Source: Stegostoma tigrinum
Lineage: Eukaryota
Direction: 5' to 3'
DNA length: 64,000 bases
Assembly (NCBI RefSeq): GCF_030684315.1
Contig: NC_081365.1
Location: forward strand, 23,314,062-23,378,061
Made by a program: the position numbers and the translations under genes. Numbering within the stretch: the stretch's first letter is position 1; every line of letters starts with the position of its first letter. Shown piece by piece: positions 12,415-25,474 of the stretch. The notes beneath the pieces are model-generated. The model saw only the letters and a list, made by a program, of their open reading frames with translations. It ran no database searches and had not been told where the DNA came from.

Positions 12415-13520
12415 GTGCCTCTTCACTCACAACCTTCTGAGGAAGAAATTCCTCCTCATCTTGGTCTTAAATTGAAGTGCATTTATCCAGAGACTATGCC
12501 TTCTGGTTATACACTATCTCCCATGAGGGAGATACATCCTCTCAGCACTTACCCTGTCAAGCCCCTTAAGGATCCTGTATGTTTCAATGAGATCACCTGT
12601 CATTTTCCTAAATTCCATCGAGCAGCTCCCAACCCACTTAATCTTTGCTCATAAGATAATTCCTTCATACTGGAGATCATCCTAGTGAACTTTCTCTAAA
12701 GGTGCCTCTAATGAAATGATATCCTTCCTTAAATAGGGATACAAAGACTCCAGATGTAGTCTCACCAGCATCTTGTACAGCTGCAGTAAGAACGCCAAAG
12801 CCTTTGAAACAAGGGGCAACATTCCATTGGACTTCCTGCTTACCTGCTGCTCCTGTGTGCTACCTTTGTGTTTCTCCCAAACCCCCTTATGTTGTAGCTC
12901 TCTGCAATTTTTCTCCATTTAAATAATGTTATGATCTTTCGTTCTCCCTTCCACATTATACTGCAGTTGTCAATTTGTGCCCACTTAATATCTCTGAAAA
13001 CTGTTTGCATCCCTTCACAATCTGCCTTTCCACCATTTTTGTGTTGTCTGCAAATTTAACTACAGTATATTCACTTCCTTCCTCCAGTCATGAATATATA
13101 TTGTAAACAGTTGCAGTCCCACAACTGATCCCTGTGGAACTCCACTGGTCACGGGTCTCCAACTGAAAAAAATCCCCTTATCACTACTTGCTGCTTCCTA
13201 CCCCAATATCCCTGCTAAAAGAAAAACTACCTCTAACACTGTGGGCTCTTATGACAATCTTTTGTGAGCTACCTTGTTGAATGCCTTCAGGAAGTCCATA
13301 CGCAACACATCTACTGGTTTCTCTCTATCCATTGACTTCCTCAAAAACTCCTGAATAAATTAGGCAGACTCAATTTTCCATTTGTGACTTGATTAGATAA
13401 TGATTCTCAAATTATTCCACTCTTACTTCCTTAATATTGCTTCCAATACATTTCCAGCAATAGATTTAGGCCAATCAGTCTTTGGTTAACTCCTTTTTGC
13501 CTCCCTCCCATTTTGAATAG
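12415..13520 (-). mobile_element. Decayed CR1-like LINE, 3' part
   Basis: The minus strand encodes degenerate RT C-terminal peptides (LLQLYKMLVRLHLE...RKDIISLE); a KFADxTK-like segment lies near 13040. Confidence 0.75.
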
Positions 13521-13720
13521 GGAATAGTGTTATATCAGTTTAAATTGCTGTTATATTATTGCCTTCCATCAACAATTTATTGGAGTAATGGAGCAACCTA
13601 TTTGCTCATCATTTTTCATTGATTTGGTTTTGTTTTAAACTGATGTGTATTTTTCCTCCAGCAGGATATCTTTACTGGATGCAGCAACATTTACGTTATT
13701 CTTTGTAATATAAGAAACTG

Positions 13721-14658
13721 GGATGTGGTTTTGAAAAGATCCAAAAATTGACAATCACAGGCACTCAGTGACTGAGCTAACTTTAAGTAGTTAGATTACA
13801 AAGAGTAGCCTCCATCAACATGTCATGCTTCAGGTGATCTAAATTCAAATGGAGCTGAGACTTCTATTATGCTATAAGGCCACATGGTGAAAAAGAGTGA
13901 TGCATTAATGAACATATTTCTTAATGGCATACCAATATACTGTGTTTCTTAGAGTTATACTGACTGTGAGATATAGCACAACATCCGGTTTGTGAAGCAT
14001 AAAGCACTTAAGGAGAGGCGATGGCCTAATGGTAACATCACCGGACAGCTAATCCAGAGACTCAGATAATATTCTGGGGCCTGGGTTCAAATCCTGCTTT
14101 GGCATATCATAGCATTTGAATTCAATAAATATCTGGAATTAAGAGTCTAATGATGATTGATTGTCGGGAAAAAACAATCTGGTTTACTAATGTCCTTTAG
14201 GGAAGGAAACTGACATCCTTACCTGGTCTGACCTACATGTGAATCCAGACCCACAGCAATGTGGTTGACTCTGGCCAATTAGGGACAGAGGTAAATGTTG
14301 CCTCGGCAGCAATGCCCTCATCCCAAAAATGAATAAAAGAAACTTGATGCCTACAAGCTTGGTTCCAGTGCTGTAATATTGTTTCAATCTATTATACTAA
14401 GGATTGATTGCTTGTTGACTTTAAGAGCCTTTCATCAAATATTATCTCTGATGCACTATCTGCTATAATTGAAAAATCATGCAAAATATGGTCATGAAAG
14501 AATTTCATGGAAGGACTTTTTGAACTAGGATGTGGTTTTGAAAAGATCCAAAAATTGACAGTCACAGGCACTCAGTGACTGAGCTAACTTTAAGTAGTTA
14601 GATTACAAAGAGTAGCCTCCATCAACATGTCATGCTTCAGGTGATCTAAATTCAAATG
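13721..14658 (+). repeat. 131-bp near-perfect direct duplication (13721-13851 and 14528-14658)
   Basis: ggatgtggttttgaaaagatcc...gatctaaattcaaatg occurs twice with one visible mismatch (gacaatc / gacagtc). Confidence 0.9.
14012..14340 (+). mobile_element. Second tRNA-derived SINE family
   Basis: A box TGGCCTAATGG, B box GGTTCAAATCC, body CCTTTAGGGAAGGAAACTG...CCACAGCAATGTGGTTGACTCT. Related copies on the minus strand at about 18722-19072 and 50793-51110. Confidence 0.75.
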
Positions 14659-15639
14659 AGAAGTTTTGAATTTAATGTGAAGGAATCTCTAGCTTATCAT
14701 CACTTATATTTGGGCAGTGGGAAATTATGTATAAAGCAAGGGTACTGAAAAAGTTAATTTTGAAGTTGCGTTAGCTCCATTCAATTTGGGATGTAACCCA
14801 GTGTCTGGATGGCCAATCAAACAGTCTAGCATGAGATCCTGACAGAGACAGACTAGTTATCTCTGGCTCCTGTTATTTGTGGTTAAGCCCAACTACTTAG
14901 TGTTAATTGTATCTGCTGCCATTATAATAGAAGCTACACCTGACTGTGTAAGACAAGAGCCCCTTCTTCTTTAAGACCTCCTAGTTATCTATCTGATAAT
15001 TTGACAGGCCTTTAGACTCTGCATAGAAAGGAAGATTGCTGGCAACAAGCTATACCCAGTTCCAACTGTCAGTGATTAGTACTGAGAACCTAACATGATA
15101 GGAAGATAAAGGGAGAGAGGCTGTAATGGAGCAAGCAAATCACAGGAACTATGAAATTTGGGAGGAAATAAGAAGACAGCCTCTGAGGGCTGGAGGACAG
15201 CAAAGAAACAGATATAAAAGCAAGGGAAAGAAAGAGCCCACAATCTCATGCTTGTATATGCAATGGAAACCTGCCTACAATCATTTAGTTTACTTGTTTA
15301 TTTTCATGCTTACAATGTTCTATCCTGAATTATTAAGTTGAGGATCTACATCAAAAAAAACCTTGGAAATTCCTACTAATTTTTCAGACAGGTAGATATA
15401 TACTAATTCCTTTTCAAAAGACCATCAGGTTGACTCTGTAATTCAATTTCTAGAGAAGTCCAGCACATGATAGAATACTGGATAAGATCAGTTTTAACAC
15501 TTTTTTGGTGTTCATCAAGACTTTTTTTTAAGAATTCTGGTCAAACCTCTCCGTATCTCCATGCTTACCAAACTGTTTAACTTCCTACAACCTCGTAACT
15601 CTGACCTCTAGTAGATCCACCACTTCTTTTGCCATAAGA

Positions 15640-16297
15640 TAATAAGAAAATGGAGGCAAAATTGGGCCATTTGGTTCATCGAGTCTGCTCTGCCTTTTGA
15701 TCATGGCTGATGTTTTCCAAACCCATTTTCATGCCTTTTCCCACAACCCTTTATCCCCTTACCAAGAAAGAGGCCATCAACCTCTGCCTTAAATACACTA
15801 AATGACTCAGCCTTCATAGCCTTCTGTAGCCATGAGTTCCACAGTTTGACTACCCTCTGGCTGAAGGAATTCCTTCCTTATGCCAGTTCTAAGAGGTTGT
15901 CCTTTCATTCTGAGTTTGTGTGTTCGGGTCCAAGTCTCTCCTACTGGTGGAAACATCTTCTCCGTGTTTTCTCTACCCAAGCCTCTCAGTATTCTGTACA
16001 TTCCAATCAGATTCCTCCTCATTCTTCTAAATTCCGTTGGGTACAGATCCAGAGTCCTCAACTGCCCCTCATATGAGAAGACCTTCATCCTTGGGATCTT
16101 TCTTGTAAACCTCCTCTGGATCCCTTCCAAGGCTAACACATCCTACCTTAGATACAGAGCCCAAAACATGCTCATATTATTCCAAGCGTGTGTGACCACA
16201 GCTTTATGCAGCCTCAACCTCAGTCTCAGCAATACACTTCTGCTCTTGTATTTTAGCTCTCTTGAAATGAATGCTAACATTACATTTGCCTTCTTAA
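15640..16297 (-). mobile_element. CR1-like LINE 3' fragment
   Basis: ORF 15807-16139, LALEGIQRRFTRKIPRMK..SYEGQLRTLDLY..EFRRMRRNLI, is the typical CR1 ORF2 C-terminus. Confidence 0.85.
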
Positions 16298-18721
16298 GGT
16301 AAATGCTCTCCTGTTAGTTGCTGTGCCTTTCACCATCTTGTAGACCCTGGACACTGGAATTCTTTCTTGGTAATGTTCTACCTCTTTTCCTTCAAGGTGC
16401 ACCTTAAAATTAATTTGTTAGTTTCCTGCTTTAATTCTTTGACTTGCTGTCAATTTACTTCTCAATTTGCTCCTCTAAAGCACATCAGAATATTTTACTA
16501 TGTTGAGAGAGATGTAGAATACAGACAGTTGTTAAAGTGAGTGTCAAAGTATGACATTATTTGTAATGGGTGGTTAAATCTTGTCTTTGCTATTTCTACT
16601 GGAAATAGATTGGTTGTTTAACACCTGATAACTATATTTACGAGCATTTGGATTCTAACTGGAAATGTAATCCTCAAACTCCAGCTTCCAGTTTTATATT
16701 CAATGTTTGATGTGCAGCAAAAATATGGAATTAAAGCTATTGCATTTGTAACAAAGAACACTCTGTGCATCTAAAAGTAAGAATGAAACATCAGCTATTT
16801 CAAAAGAGCTGTTTCAGCAATTTATTGAAAACAGGTCATTTTACTCAGGTGAGAAACCTATCCAGACCGTAGCCCTGTCCTTCAGAAACAGACAGATCAT
16901 TTGAACATTTTCTGCCTCCAATTTGTATATCAGCAGAAAAAGAAATGGATATTTAACTGGTTGTTGATAGCCCCAAATTATGTTTTACAGATCTTGAGAT
17001 CAGAAATTTGGAGGAAAGTAGTTGACCTTTATTCCTGTCAGCATGAGTTAAAATGTTTATTATTGTTCCCAGGACATACACAATAACTTCAATCTGCTCT
17101 TTATTTCTTTAGCACAAAAGTGCAACTTAGTCTTAAAGTGTAGGCTTTGAAATAACTCCGTGAATGCTGGTATTCTGTCACCCTTTATTTATACCTGAAA
17201 AGTGCTTTACTCTAGTACTAGCTCTTCAGAGCCAGCTTTCAGAGTGCCAGAACCTCTGGCTTGCCTCTTTTTATCTGTCAGCCATGGCTCCCTGATAGGA
17301 CCAGATTAACAACCTCAATCAGGGAACTCATATCCTGTGAAGCCCAGCTGGCTGACCTTGTTACAATCAATACATCCCTCCCACTCTGAGTCTGAGGGCT
17401 TAGACCATAGACGATTCCTTTTTGCTGGAGATCCTCCTGGAGACTTTTACCACTGGCTCAGCTTCCGCTGACTCAGCATACTATGCAGGTGGCGTGTAAA
17501 GCATGGGTGCTTGCCTCTTTCCCCAGGATCACCTCAGTTGAATTTCACTCTCTTCTTCCAGAGGCAAAGATGTCAGGGTGGCCACATCCATCATGTCCAT
17601 CTCTAATTCTGAGGACTCATCAATACTTGATGGAGAGGGTGAGTCCAAGTTTCTAGCAGCCTTTCTGTCTGCTGGAAGTGATAGGGCACATTTTGCTTCT
17701 GCACCATTTGCAAATTTGCAGTTTTCATGTGGTTCACGCGCTTGTTAAGGACATAGCACTCACTCAAACTTGATATGACACTGGTCCTGACTGTGTATTA
17801 ACCATGGCTTTTAACCATGCAGGGCCATTTCTGTGGTTCCTACACCAAACAATGTCCCCTATAATCAAACTGTCTCTCTTACTTGGCAGAATCATGAGCC
17901 TGCCATTGGCATTCCTGATGGTGTTTCACTGCCCCCCACCACCCCTGTAATTGTGAGCACCTAGTATTACAGCCCCACTCCTGAAAGCCCACACCCCTCC
18001 AAAGCTGTGGGTGATACTGCCTTGTCCTCTGAGCAGACCAAGTAGAGGTTTGTGAACTGTTATGATCACAAATTTTCATCCATAAAGGTAGTGTTGGAAA
18101 CTCCTGACTCTAAATATGACCATCAATCCTCTTTCCCTATCTGGCCGTATTTACGCTCTACATTACCTAAAAAACTACTTGCATTCACTATTGGGTGTTC
18201 CTCTCCATTGGGCCACCAGTGAGCTAATACCAGCCCAATGCATGGGTAGTCAATACGTGTCAATACAAGGTCTTTCTGAGGATCATAATGTGCCAACATC
18301 TTAGAGGATGATAGCCGTTTCTTTACTTCCCTGAAAGGTAGGGCTTGCCTGTGATCATCTCAGAGGCTTTTTCAGGAGTTGACGGAAAGTTGCCAGGATG
18401 GAGGCCATTTTACAAATGAACCTTCATAATAGTTTATCTCCACAAGAAATGACCTATGACCCTGGATGAATGTAGGAGCCAGGGCACCTGTGATCACTCT
18501 CACTTTATCTTCCAATGGGTGTAACCCAGCCTGTTGACTCTGTAGCCCAGGTAGGTCAATTGGGGGCCTGGAGCACATATTCCTCCCTTCATAAGCATGT
18601 GCCCACCTTGGCAAAATGCCTTTGGACTATGTTTAAATTCTCTTAGCACTTCTTCGTTTTCCATGTTATTAGAATTTCATCTAGATAAATGGTGACATGA
18701 GCTAGACCTTGCAAAATTTTT

Positions 18722-19072
18722 TTAAAAATTCATTAATGGGATGAGGGCATCACTGGCTAGGCAGCATTTATTGCCCATTCCTAATTGCCTATAGGGCAGT
18801 TCAGAGTCAACCACATTGCTGTGGCTCTGGAGTCACATGTAGGCCAGATGAGGTAAAGATGGCAGTTTCCTTCCCTGAAGGACATTAGTGAACCAGATAG
18901 ATTTTGCTTATAATCGACAATGGATTCATGAGCATCATTACATTCTAAATTCCAGATATTTTTATTGAATTCACATTCACCATCTGCTGTGGTGGGTTTC
19001 ACACCCTGGTCCCCAGAATGTTATCTGGGTCTCTGGATTAACAGTCCAGCAATAATACTAGTATGCCATTGA
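18722..19072 (-). mobile_element. SINE (family of 14012-14340) nested in the Gypsy RT
   Basis: Reverse complement of the 14012-14340 element; interrupts the RT remnant. Confidence 0.75.
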
Positions 19073-20274
19073 CTTCCCAGTTCTCCATTGTCCACCGAAA
19101 AATTGACCAGGCTGACAATACTCCACATGGCAGTCTTGTATAATAGTACAAGCCATTATGATATTAATTGTGGCATACTTCTGGGAATCCTCATCTAAAT
19201 GCCATTGCAAGTAAGCATGGCTCATGTACAGCTTTGTGAAGGACAATCCCGCAGGAGCTTTACATATAAATCCTCTACCCAAGGGATTGCAAAAAGCTGT
19301 TTACCATTTGTTTAGAATCCCTACAAAGACAAACCAATCTGTGTGGGTTCAAAATTGGTACAACCTCTGGGGTTTGATGATTCCATCACTTCCTAGCCTT
19401 CTAATTCCTGCCTCTACTTTTGCCTGCAAGATAAACTGCACTGAGCAGACTTTGCAGGATCAAAGATTTTCTGTCTGGTCAACATGTAAGGAGGCCTTGG
19501 CTCCTCTAATAGTCCCTAGAACATCCTGGAAGACACCGAGTATTTAATTAGGACTTTAGCCAGGCAGCTATTTTTTAATTGAAAAATATTGAGCCAACCT
19601 AGGTAAACATCTCATAAGCAATTCCATCTCACCAAGCTTGGCCCTGAGCCTTTTACTAAAAACAGTGATAACCAAACCAGCTGTTTCTCTTAAGGGACCT
19701 GAACTGCAGTTGTACATGCAATCTGTAAATGTTCCCTGGTATGGGTTCTCAATCTAGTCAAGGCCTTTCACAAACTTAAGGGGGAGTCCAGAGCGAATTT
19801 TGTTAAGAACCGGTTCTGCAATCACTGATACAGCCATGCCAGTACTGAATTCCATTAGCACTGGATGACCATTTAATAAGATGTTTAGTTTGATTGGTTC
19901 TGATTTGCACGTTGATAAACATTATAACTGTTCCAAACCAGATATAGGTGGACTTTCCAGGTATGAACTTTCTTGGTTTCCAGTCTCTGAGTTCTCTTAC
20001 TCAATTAAGTTCTATTGGAACTCTTTTGTCTTCTTGAGTCTGCTTCCCGGCATCAACTACCAAAGCTTGTCAGCAAGGATCCTGAAGAAAATTTTAATGG
20101 AGGCTTGGCTTTGTTTTGGGGTTTAGCTATAGGCTGACCTAGAGTCCCTCTGTTCAGGCTATGTCCTGAGTGAGGCCATGCACTTGCCTATGTTCAAGTG
20201 GTGTTTTGTAAGCACAGTCAGGCTGGCAGGACACGAATTCCATTGGAAAACCCTCCAACTCCTATGCTCCATAG

Positions 20275-20397
20275 ATAGTAGGAACTGCAGATGCTGGAGA
20301 ATCTGTGATAACAAGGTGTAGAGCTGGATGAACACAGCAGGCCAAAAACTCTGATGCTGCTTGGCCTGCTGTGTTCATTCAGCTCTACACCTTGTCA
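20275..20397. mobile_element. Short PLE-terminus hairpin nested in the Gypsy element
   Basis: acaaggtgtagagctggatgaacacagcaggccaa ... ttggcctgctgtgttcattcagctctacaccttgt inverted arms. Confidence 0.8.
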
Positions 20398-21369
20398 ACT
20401 CATATACTCCACTTGTTTTCCAATGATAAAGCCAGTTATGAGCCCGTTTGAAGTTTAGTCTGGCTTCAGCTAATAGGTGTTTTTGCACAGTTACATAATT
20501 AATCCCAAACACAACATGTCCTCTAAGCATCTCATTAAGGGTTAAGCCAAGTCACCTGCTTCTGCCAGTCATCTTGCTCTAACTAAAAGTCCCAATACGG
20601 AATCCCCTGGTTCTCGAATTGCCGAATAAAAACAATAGCATCTCAGAATTAGAGGTTCCTTGGGGTCATAATATTGCTTAACTATGTCCATGCATTCTCG
20701 AAACGGTTTAGTATCTAGTACCTCAGGGGAAGTTAGTCTCCTAATAATTGAAAAACCTGTAGCTCCACAGGCTGTCAGGAGTATCACTTGTTTCTTTTCA
20801 TTTGCCACAATGTCGTTTATTGGAAAAAATAACACATTCTTTCCACATACTGAGCCCAGTCCTTGATGGCAGGATTGAATGAGCCAAGCTTCCCAAACAA
20901 AGGCATGATGTAAGAAATGTTTAGCCCAACTCAAAACTGACCGTTGTGAGTGAGTTTCTTCAGCAACATGGTTTACTGTCATTGCCACTGAAATAATGCC
21001 ACAGAGGCTGATATCTTGCCACTAGTTCACCCTTTATTTACACATGAAAAGTCTTTGACAATATTACTGCCTCTTCAGAATCTTTGACACTTCTACTTTT
21101 ACCTATTCGGCAGGGCTCTGTGATTGTATGAGAGAAACAGCTCCATTCAAGGAACTCAAGCTCTGTGGCTGACCTCATTACAATCACTACAGTTTTGGCT
21201 TCAGAATTCTACCCTATAATATGGCAATTTGGTAGCTGAGCAGCAGGACTGAATATTTTGCGGACACCCCCATTTCTCCGCCTAACTCTCTCGGATCCAG
21301 TGAAGGTACAAGCTATTTGCAATTCTCCTCCCATTCAGCACTCAGCCATCAAAGTGTCACTCTAAGGGG

Positions 21370-21757
21370 AGCTGTGATTGGCAACTGTCTGCGACACTGC
21401 GGTGTCTATTGGTTAACAGTGCGGTCCATCAAAGCTATGGGGCGAAGACCAGCTTGTCTATTGGTTGTTAGGACCATCCATCACCGCTGGCGCGGGTGGG
21501 CGGTGGATGTTGTCTATTGGCTAATAGTGTTATCGATCAACGCTAGGTAGGAGGGGACCCGCTAACTATTGGCTGTCAGTCCCGCTCATCACAGCGGCGG
21601 GGGCTGGGACAATGCTGTCTATTGGCCAACAGAGCTGTCTGTCACAGCTAGGTGGGGTTGCGATCGTTATGCGGGCGCTTGGAGAGTGGACGGGAGGAAG
21701 GTATCCGGCCTGGGCCCAGGACCAGGACTAGGACTGAATTGAAAATCCTGACCACAG
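21370..21757 (+). promoter_or_regulatory. TMEM50B: TMEM50B CpG-rich promoter and non-coding exon 1
   Basis: Six ATTGG (reverse CCAAT) boxes at 21377, 21408, 21460, 21516, 21568 and 21621, GC boxes (GGGCGG), CpG enrichment, and splice donor CAG|GTTAGT at 21757/21758. Confidence 0.7.
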
Positions 21758-22589
21758 GTTAGTTGTTTGCTTTTAGTTTAAAAAAGAATAACGGGAAAGA
21801 GACAGAGTGTGATTTGAGGGTAGGAAGTTTCTCTGACTATGTCCTTTTCTGTGACCGGGTGATTGCCCTGTTCCTGTGATTGTGAAGTGGGTAATTCTGG
21901 AGGAAGAAGCTGCCGCAAACCCTGGAATAATCATCTGCTTGCATCTGAGTCCTGTCCATCCCTCTCAGCACAAGGTTACTAGCTCTAAAGATGCTTTAAC
22001 GACATGCTTTTACCGTCTGGGCGTGATCGTTAGTTGTCACCTTGAACCAACTGGAGGATAGTGACAACTGTTGGATGACACTATTTCCTCCCAGTTAGTT
22101 CTTGCCTTTTTAAAATCCTATTTGCTGACTGTGAAAAACTCCACATTTTTGTGGGTCAGTGGAGGGGTAGCTTGTGCAGAGACAAAATGTAATCGACCTT
22201 GTTTGACTAGTCACTTGTTCCAATTCGGTATAGGAAGTTATAGCAGGAAGTGTTTCTTGTTCTTTGAATTAACCTGTTAGGACAGATTATGACACACCTC
22301 TGGAACTACTTAGACTGGAACCTTCAGAGTCAGCGGCTGTGACACGCAGTGAGTGATTCCTCACTCTTATGCCCCACCATCTTTAGATGCCCTGATATTG
22401 TCCTTCCCCTTCCATTAGATCAGGAATGGGGATGTGTAATGATGATTGCAAGTGTTTGGTACTGTACCATTTGGTAGAAGTGCCACTGGGCTAATAATCC
22501 AAAAATCCATGCTCATGCTGTAGGGATATTGTTTCAAATCATGAATTCTGGCACATAGCATTTTCTTTTTTTAAAGCCTGATCAGACAG

Positions 22590-24358
22590 ATTCCCTCCGC
22601 TTCTTCCTGTCCCGCAGGCCCGACCAGGCCCCCTCCACCGACACTCTCATCCGCCTAGCGGAACTCGTCCTCACACTCAACAACTTCTCTTTTGACTCCT
22701 CCCACTTCCTACAGACTAAGGGGGTGGCCATGGGCACCCGCATGGGCCCCAGCTATGCCTGCCTCTTTGTAGGTTACGTGGAACAGTCCATCTTCCGCAC
22801 CTACACAGGCCCCAAACCCCACCTCTTCCTCCGGTACATTGATGACTGTATCGGCGCCGCCTCTTGCTCCCCAGAGGAGCTCGAACAGTTCATCCACTTC
22901 ACCAACACCTTCCACCCCAACCTTCAGTTCACCTGGGCCATCTCCAGCACATCCCTCACCTTCCTGGACCTCTCAGTCTCCATCTCAGGCAACCAGCTTG
23001 TAACTGATGTCCATTACAAGCCCACCGACTCCCACAGCTACCTAGAATACACCTCCTCCCACCCACCCTCCTGCAAAAATTCCATCCCCTATTCCCAATT
23101 CCTCCGCCTCCGCCGCATCTGCTCCCACGATAAGACATTCCACTCCCGCACATCCCAGATGTCCAAGTTCTTTAAGGACCGCAACTTCCCCCCCCACGGT
23201 GATTGAGAACGCCCTTGACCGCGTCTCCCGCATTTCCCGCGACACCTCCCTCACACCCCGCCCCCGCCACAACCGCCCCAAGAGGATCCCCCTCGTTCTC
23301 ACACACCACCCTACCAACCTCCGGATACAACGCATTATCCTCCGACACTTCCGCCATTTACAATCCGACCCCACCACCCAAGACATTTTTCCATCCCCAC
23401 CCCTGTCTGCTTTCCGGAGAGACCACTCTCTCCGTGACTCCCTTGTTCGCTCCACACTGCCCTCCAACCCGACCACACCCGGCACCTTCCCCTGCAACCG
23501 CAGGAAATGCTACACTTGTCCCCACACCTCCTCCCTCACCCCCATCCCAGGCCCCAAGATGACATTCCACATTAAGCAGAGGTTCACCTGCACATCTGCC
23601 AATGGTGTATACTGCATCCACTGTACCCGGTGCGGCTTTCTCTACATTGGGGAAACCAAGCGGAGGCTTGGGGACCGCTTTGCAGAACACCTCCGCTCAG
23701 TTCGCAACAAACAACTGCACCTCCCAGTCGCAAACCATTTCCACTCCCCCTCCCATTCTCTTGATGACATGTCCATCATGGGCCTCCTGCACTGCCACAA
23801 TGATGCCACCCGAAGGTTGCAGGAACAGCAACTCATATTCCGCCTGGGAACCCTGCAGCCATATGGTATCAATGTGGACTTCACCAGTTTCAAAATCTCC
23901 CCTTCCCCCACTGCATCCCTCAACCAGCCCAGTTCATCCCCTCCCCCCACTGCACCACACAACCAGCCCAGCTCTTCCCCCCCACCCACTGCATCCCAAA
24001 ACCAGTCCAACCTGTCTCTGCCTCCCTAACCGGTTCTTCCTCTCACCCATCCCTTCCTCCCACCCCAAGCCGCACCCCCAGCTACCTACTAACCTCATCC
24101 CACCTCCTTGACCTGTCCCCTCCCTACCTCCCCACCTACACCCTCTCCACCTATCTTCTTTACTCTCCATCTTCGGTCCGCCTCCCCCTCTCTCCCTATT
24201 TATTCCAGTTCCCTCCCCCCATCCCCCTCTCTGATGAAGGGTCTAGGCCCGAAACGTCAGCTTTTGTGCTCCTGAGATGCTGCTTGGCCTGCTGTGTTCA
24301 TCCAGCCTCACATTTTATTATCTTGGAATCTCCAGCATCTGCAGTTCCCATTATCACT
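22590..24358 (+). mobile_element. Young 5'-truncated Penelope-like element (RT + Cys-rich linker + GIY-YIG; Neptune-like)
   Basis: RT motifs GVAMGTRMGPSYA and FLRYIDD; linker CNRRKCYTC...FTC; GIY-YIG GVYCIHCTRCGFLYIGETKRRLGDRFAEH. One frameshift in the C-run near 23190. Pyrimidine-rich 3' region with hammerhead. Confidence 0.92.
24229..24260 (+). ncRNA. Minimal hammerhead ribozyme motif in the PLE 3' terminus
   Basis: CT-CTGATGA-A-GGGT(ctag)GCCC-GAAA-CG-TC-AG: canonical core and GUC triplet, but stem I is only about 2 bp. Confidence 0.65.
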
Positions 24359-25474
24359 GACATACCGCTTCTGGTTGTGGCTCGAACCTGGGTCTTTCGG
24401 TTTCGAATCTAGAATATAAAGCTGGTCCCAGTGTTGGTGGCCAACTACCATACATTGTCATGGAAACCCATCTGGTTTAGTAATGTGTATACTGGAAGCT
24501 AGTCATTTAATAGGATCCTTTTCTTTGCAAACATAAAATTTACATGTGCTGTGGCTTTTTCAACTCAACAAAATAAGTGTTAGCCATTTGCTTGTTCATT
24601 TCACAGGACCTTGACCATCAGTTTCAACACGCCTGGTCTAAAATTTAAACAAAACTTGACATTTAATAGTTGATCATCATGAATTGGTGCACTCTTCATG
24701 GCATCTTCTGTACGGTTGGTGAATAGATTCAATCAGTACATTGTTCTTGTTCTTGTATTCTTCTTGTTGTTCTTCTGTATAAATGCTGGTTTCTCTTCAA
24801 GTTGCTATTCTTGTAAATTACACCCAAAAAAACGATGGTGAATCCCCCACAGTCCTGAGACCTAATTTGTCTTTTAAGGTATTCATATGTGCTGCAGAGT
24901 CTTGTGGGTTCTTACATTGCTGAGTTAGGCATCCTTCCCACTATTAATGTTGAAGGTTCTTGTATAAATGCAGGTTGTAGCTGTCTTGTGTGTAATCTTG
25001 ATGCTGATATTTTGTATGGAAGATATTAAGGCAGGAAAAATATGACTTGTATGTTTTTAAAAAATGTGGGTACCAAATGAGCACTTCCTATCTCGGCTGT
25101 AACATCCATTTGATTGAATGAGGCCACTATGCATTATCTGCTTGCTTTTTAAATTTTTGTTTCAAATTGTGTTGAAATACATGTATAGGTACTATAATGC
25201 TGCGTTTGTTGTAGGAAGAGTCATCGGTAATTCACTCCTCATTTTCCATGGCCTATCTAAGTTAATAAAAGCTAGATAAAGCTGATTGCTTCATCAAGTG
25301 AACCCTGAAAAAGTATCACTTATTCTAAACTAGCCGCCTTCTGATCAGGTTGCTAAATAATCTTTCTGTTCCAGCAAATGCTTTTCTTTAGAAAGAGCAG
25401 TTGCTGCTTTCCAACTTCCCTGTACAGGCAACTTTTACATTCCTTGGAAGGCAACAATAGTATGTGTTACAGAG

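Larger units (their letters stand above)
17148..21191 (-). mobile_element. Decayed Gypsy/Ty3 LTR retrotransposon with both LTRs (17148-17374 and 20989-21191)
   Basis: Two diverged about 200-230 bp LTRs with TG...CA ends. PBS-like TGGCAATGAC next to 20989 and PPT GTGGGAGGGA next to 17374. Gag-like ORF 20569-20988 and RT remnant FTKLYMSHAYLQWHLDEDSQKYATINI. Flanks gctt / gttt are a possible 4-bp TSD with one mismatch. Confidence 0.8.

Noticed and set aside
13655-13860. Possible exon after the acceptor-like tttttcctccag
   Set aside because: The frames examined close quickly and no recognisable protein results.
21377-21645. Regularly spaced short repeats resembling a CRISPR array
   Set aside because: The repeats are only about 8-10 bp CCAAT-box motifs with related spacers, there are no cas genes, and the context is a vertebrate promoter.
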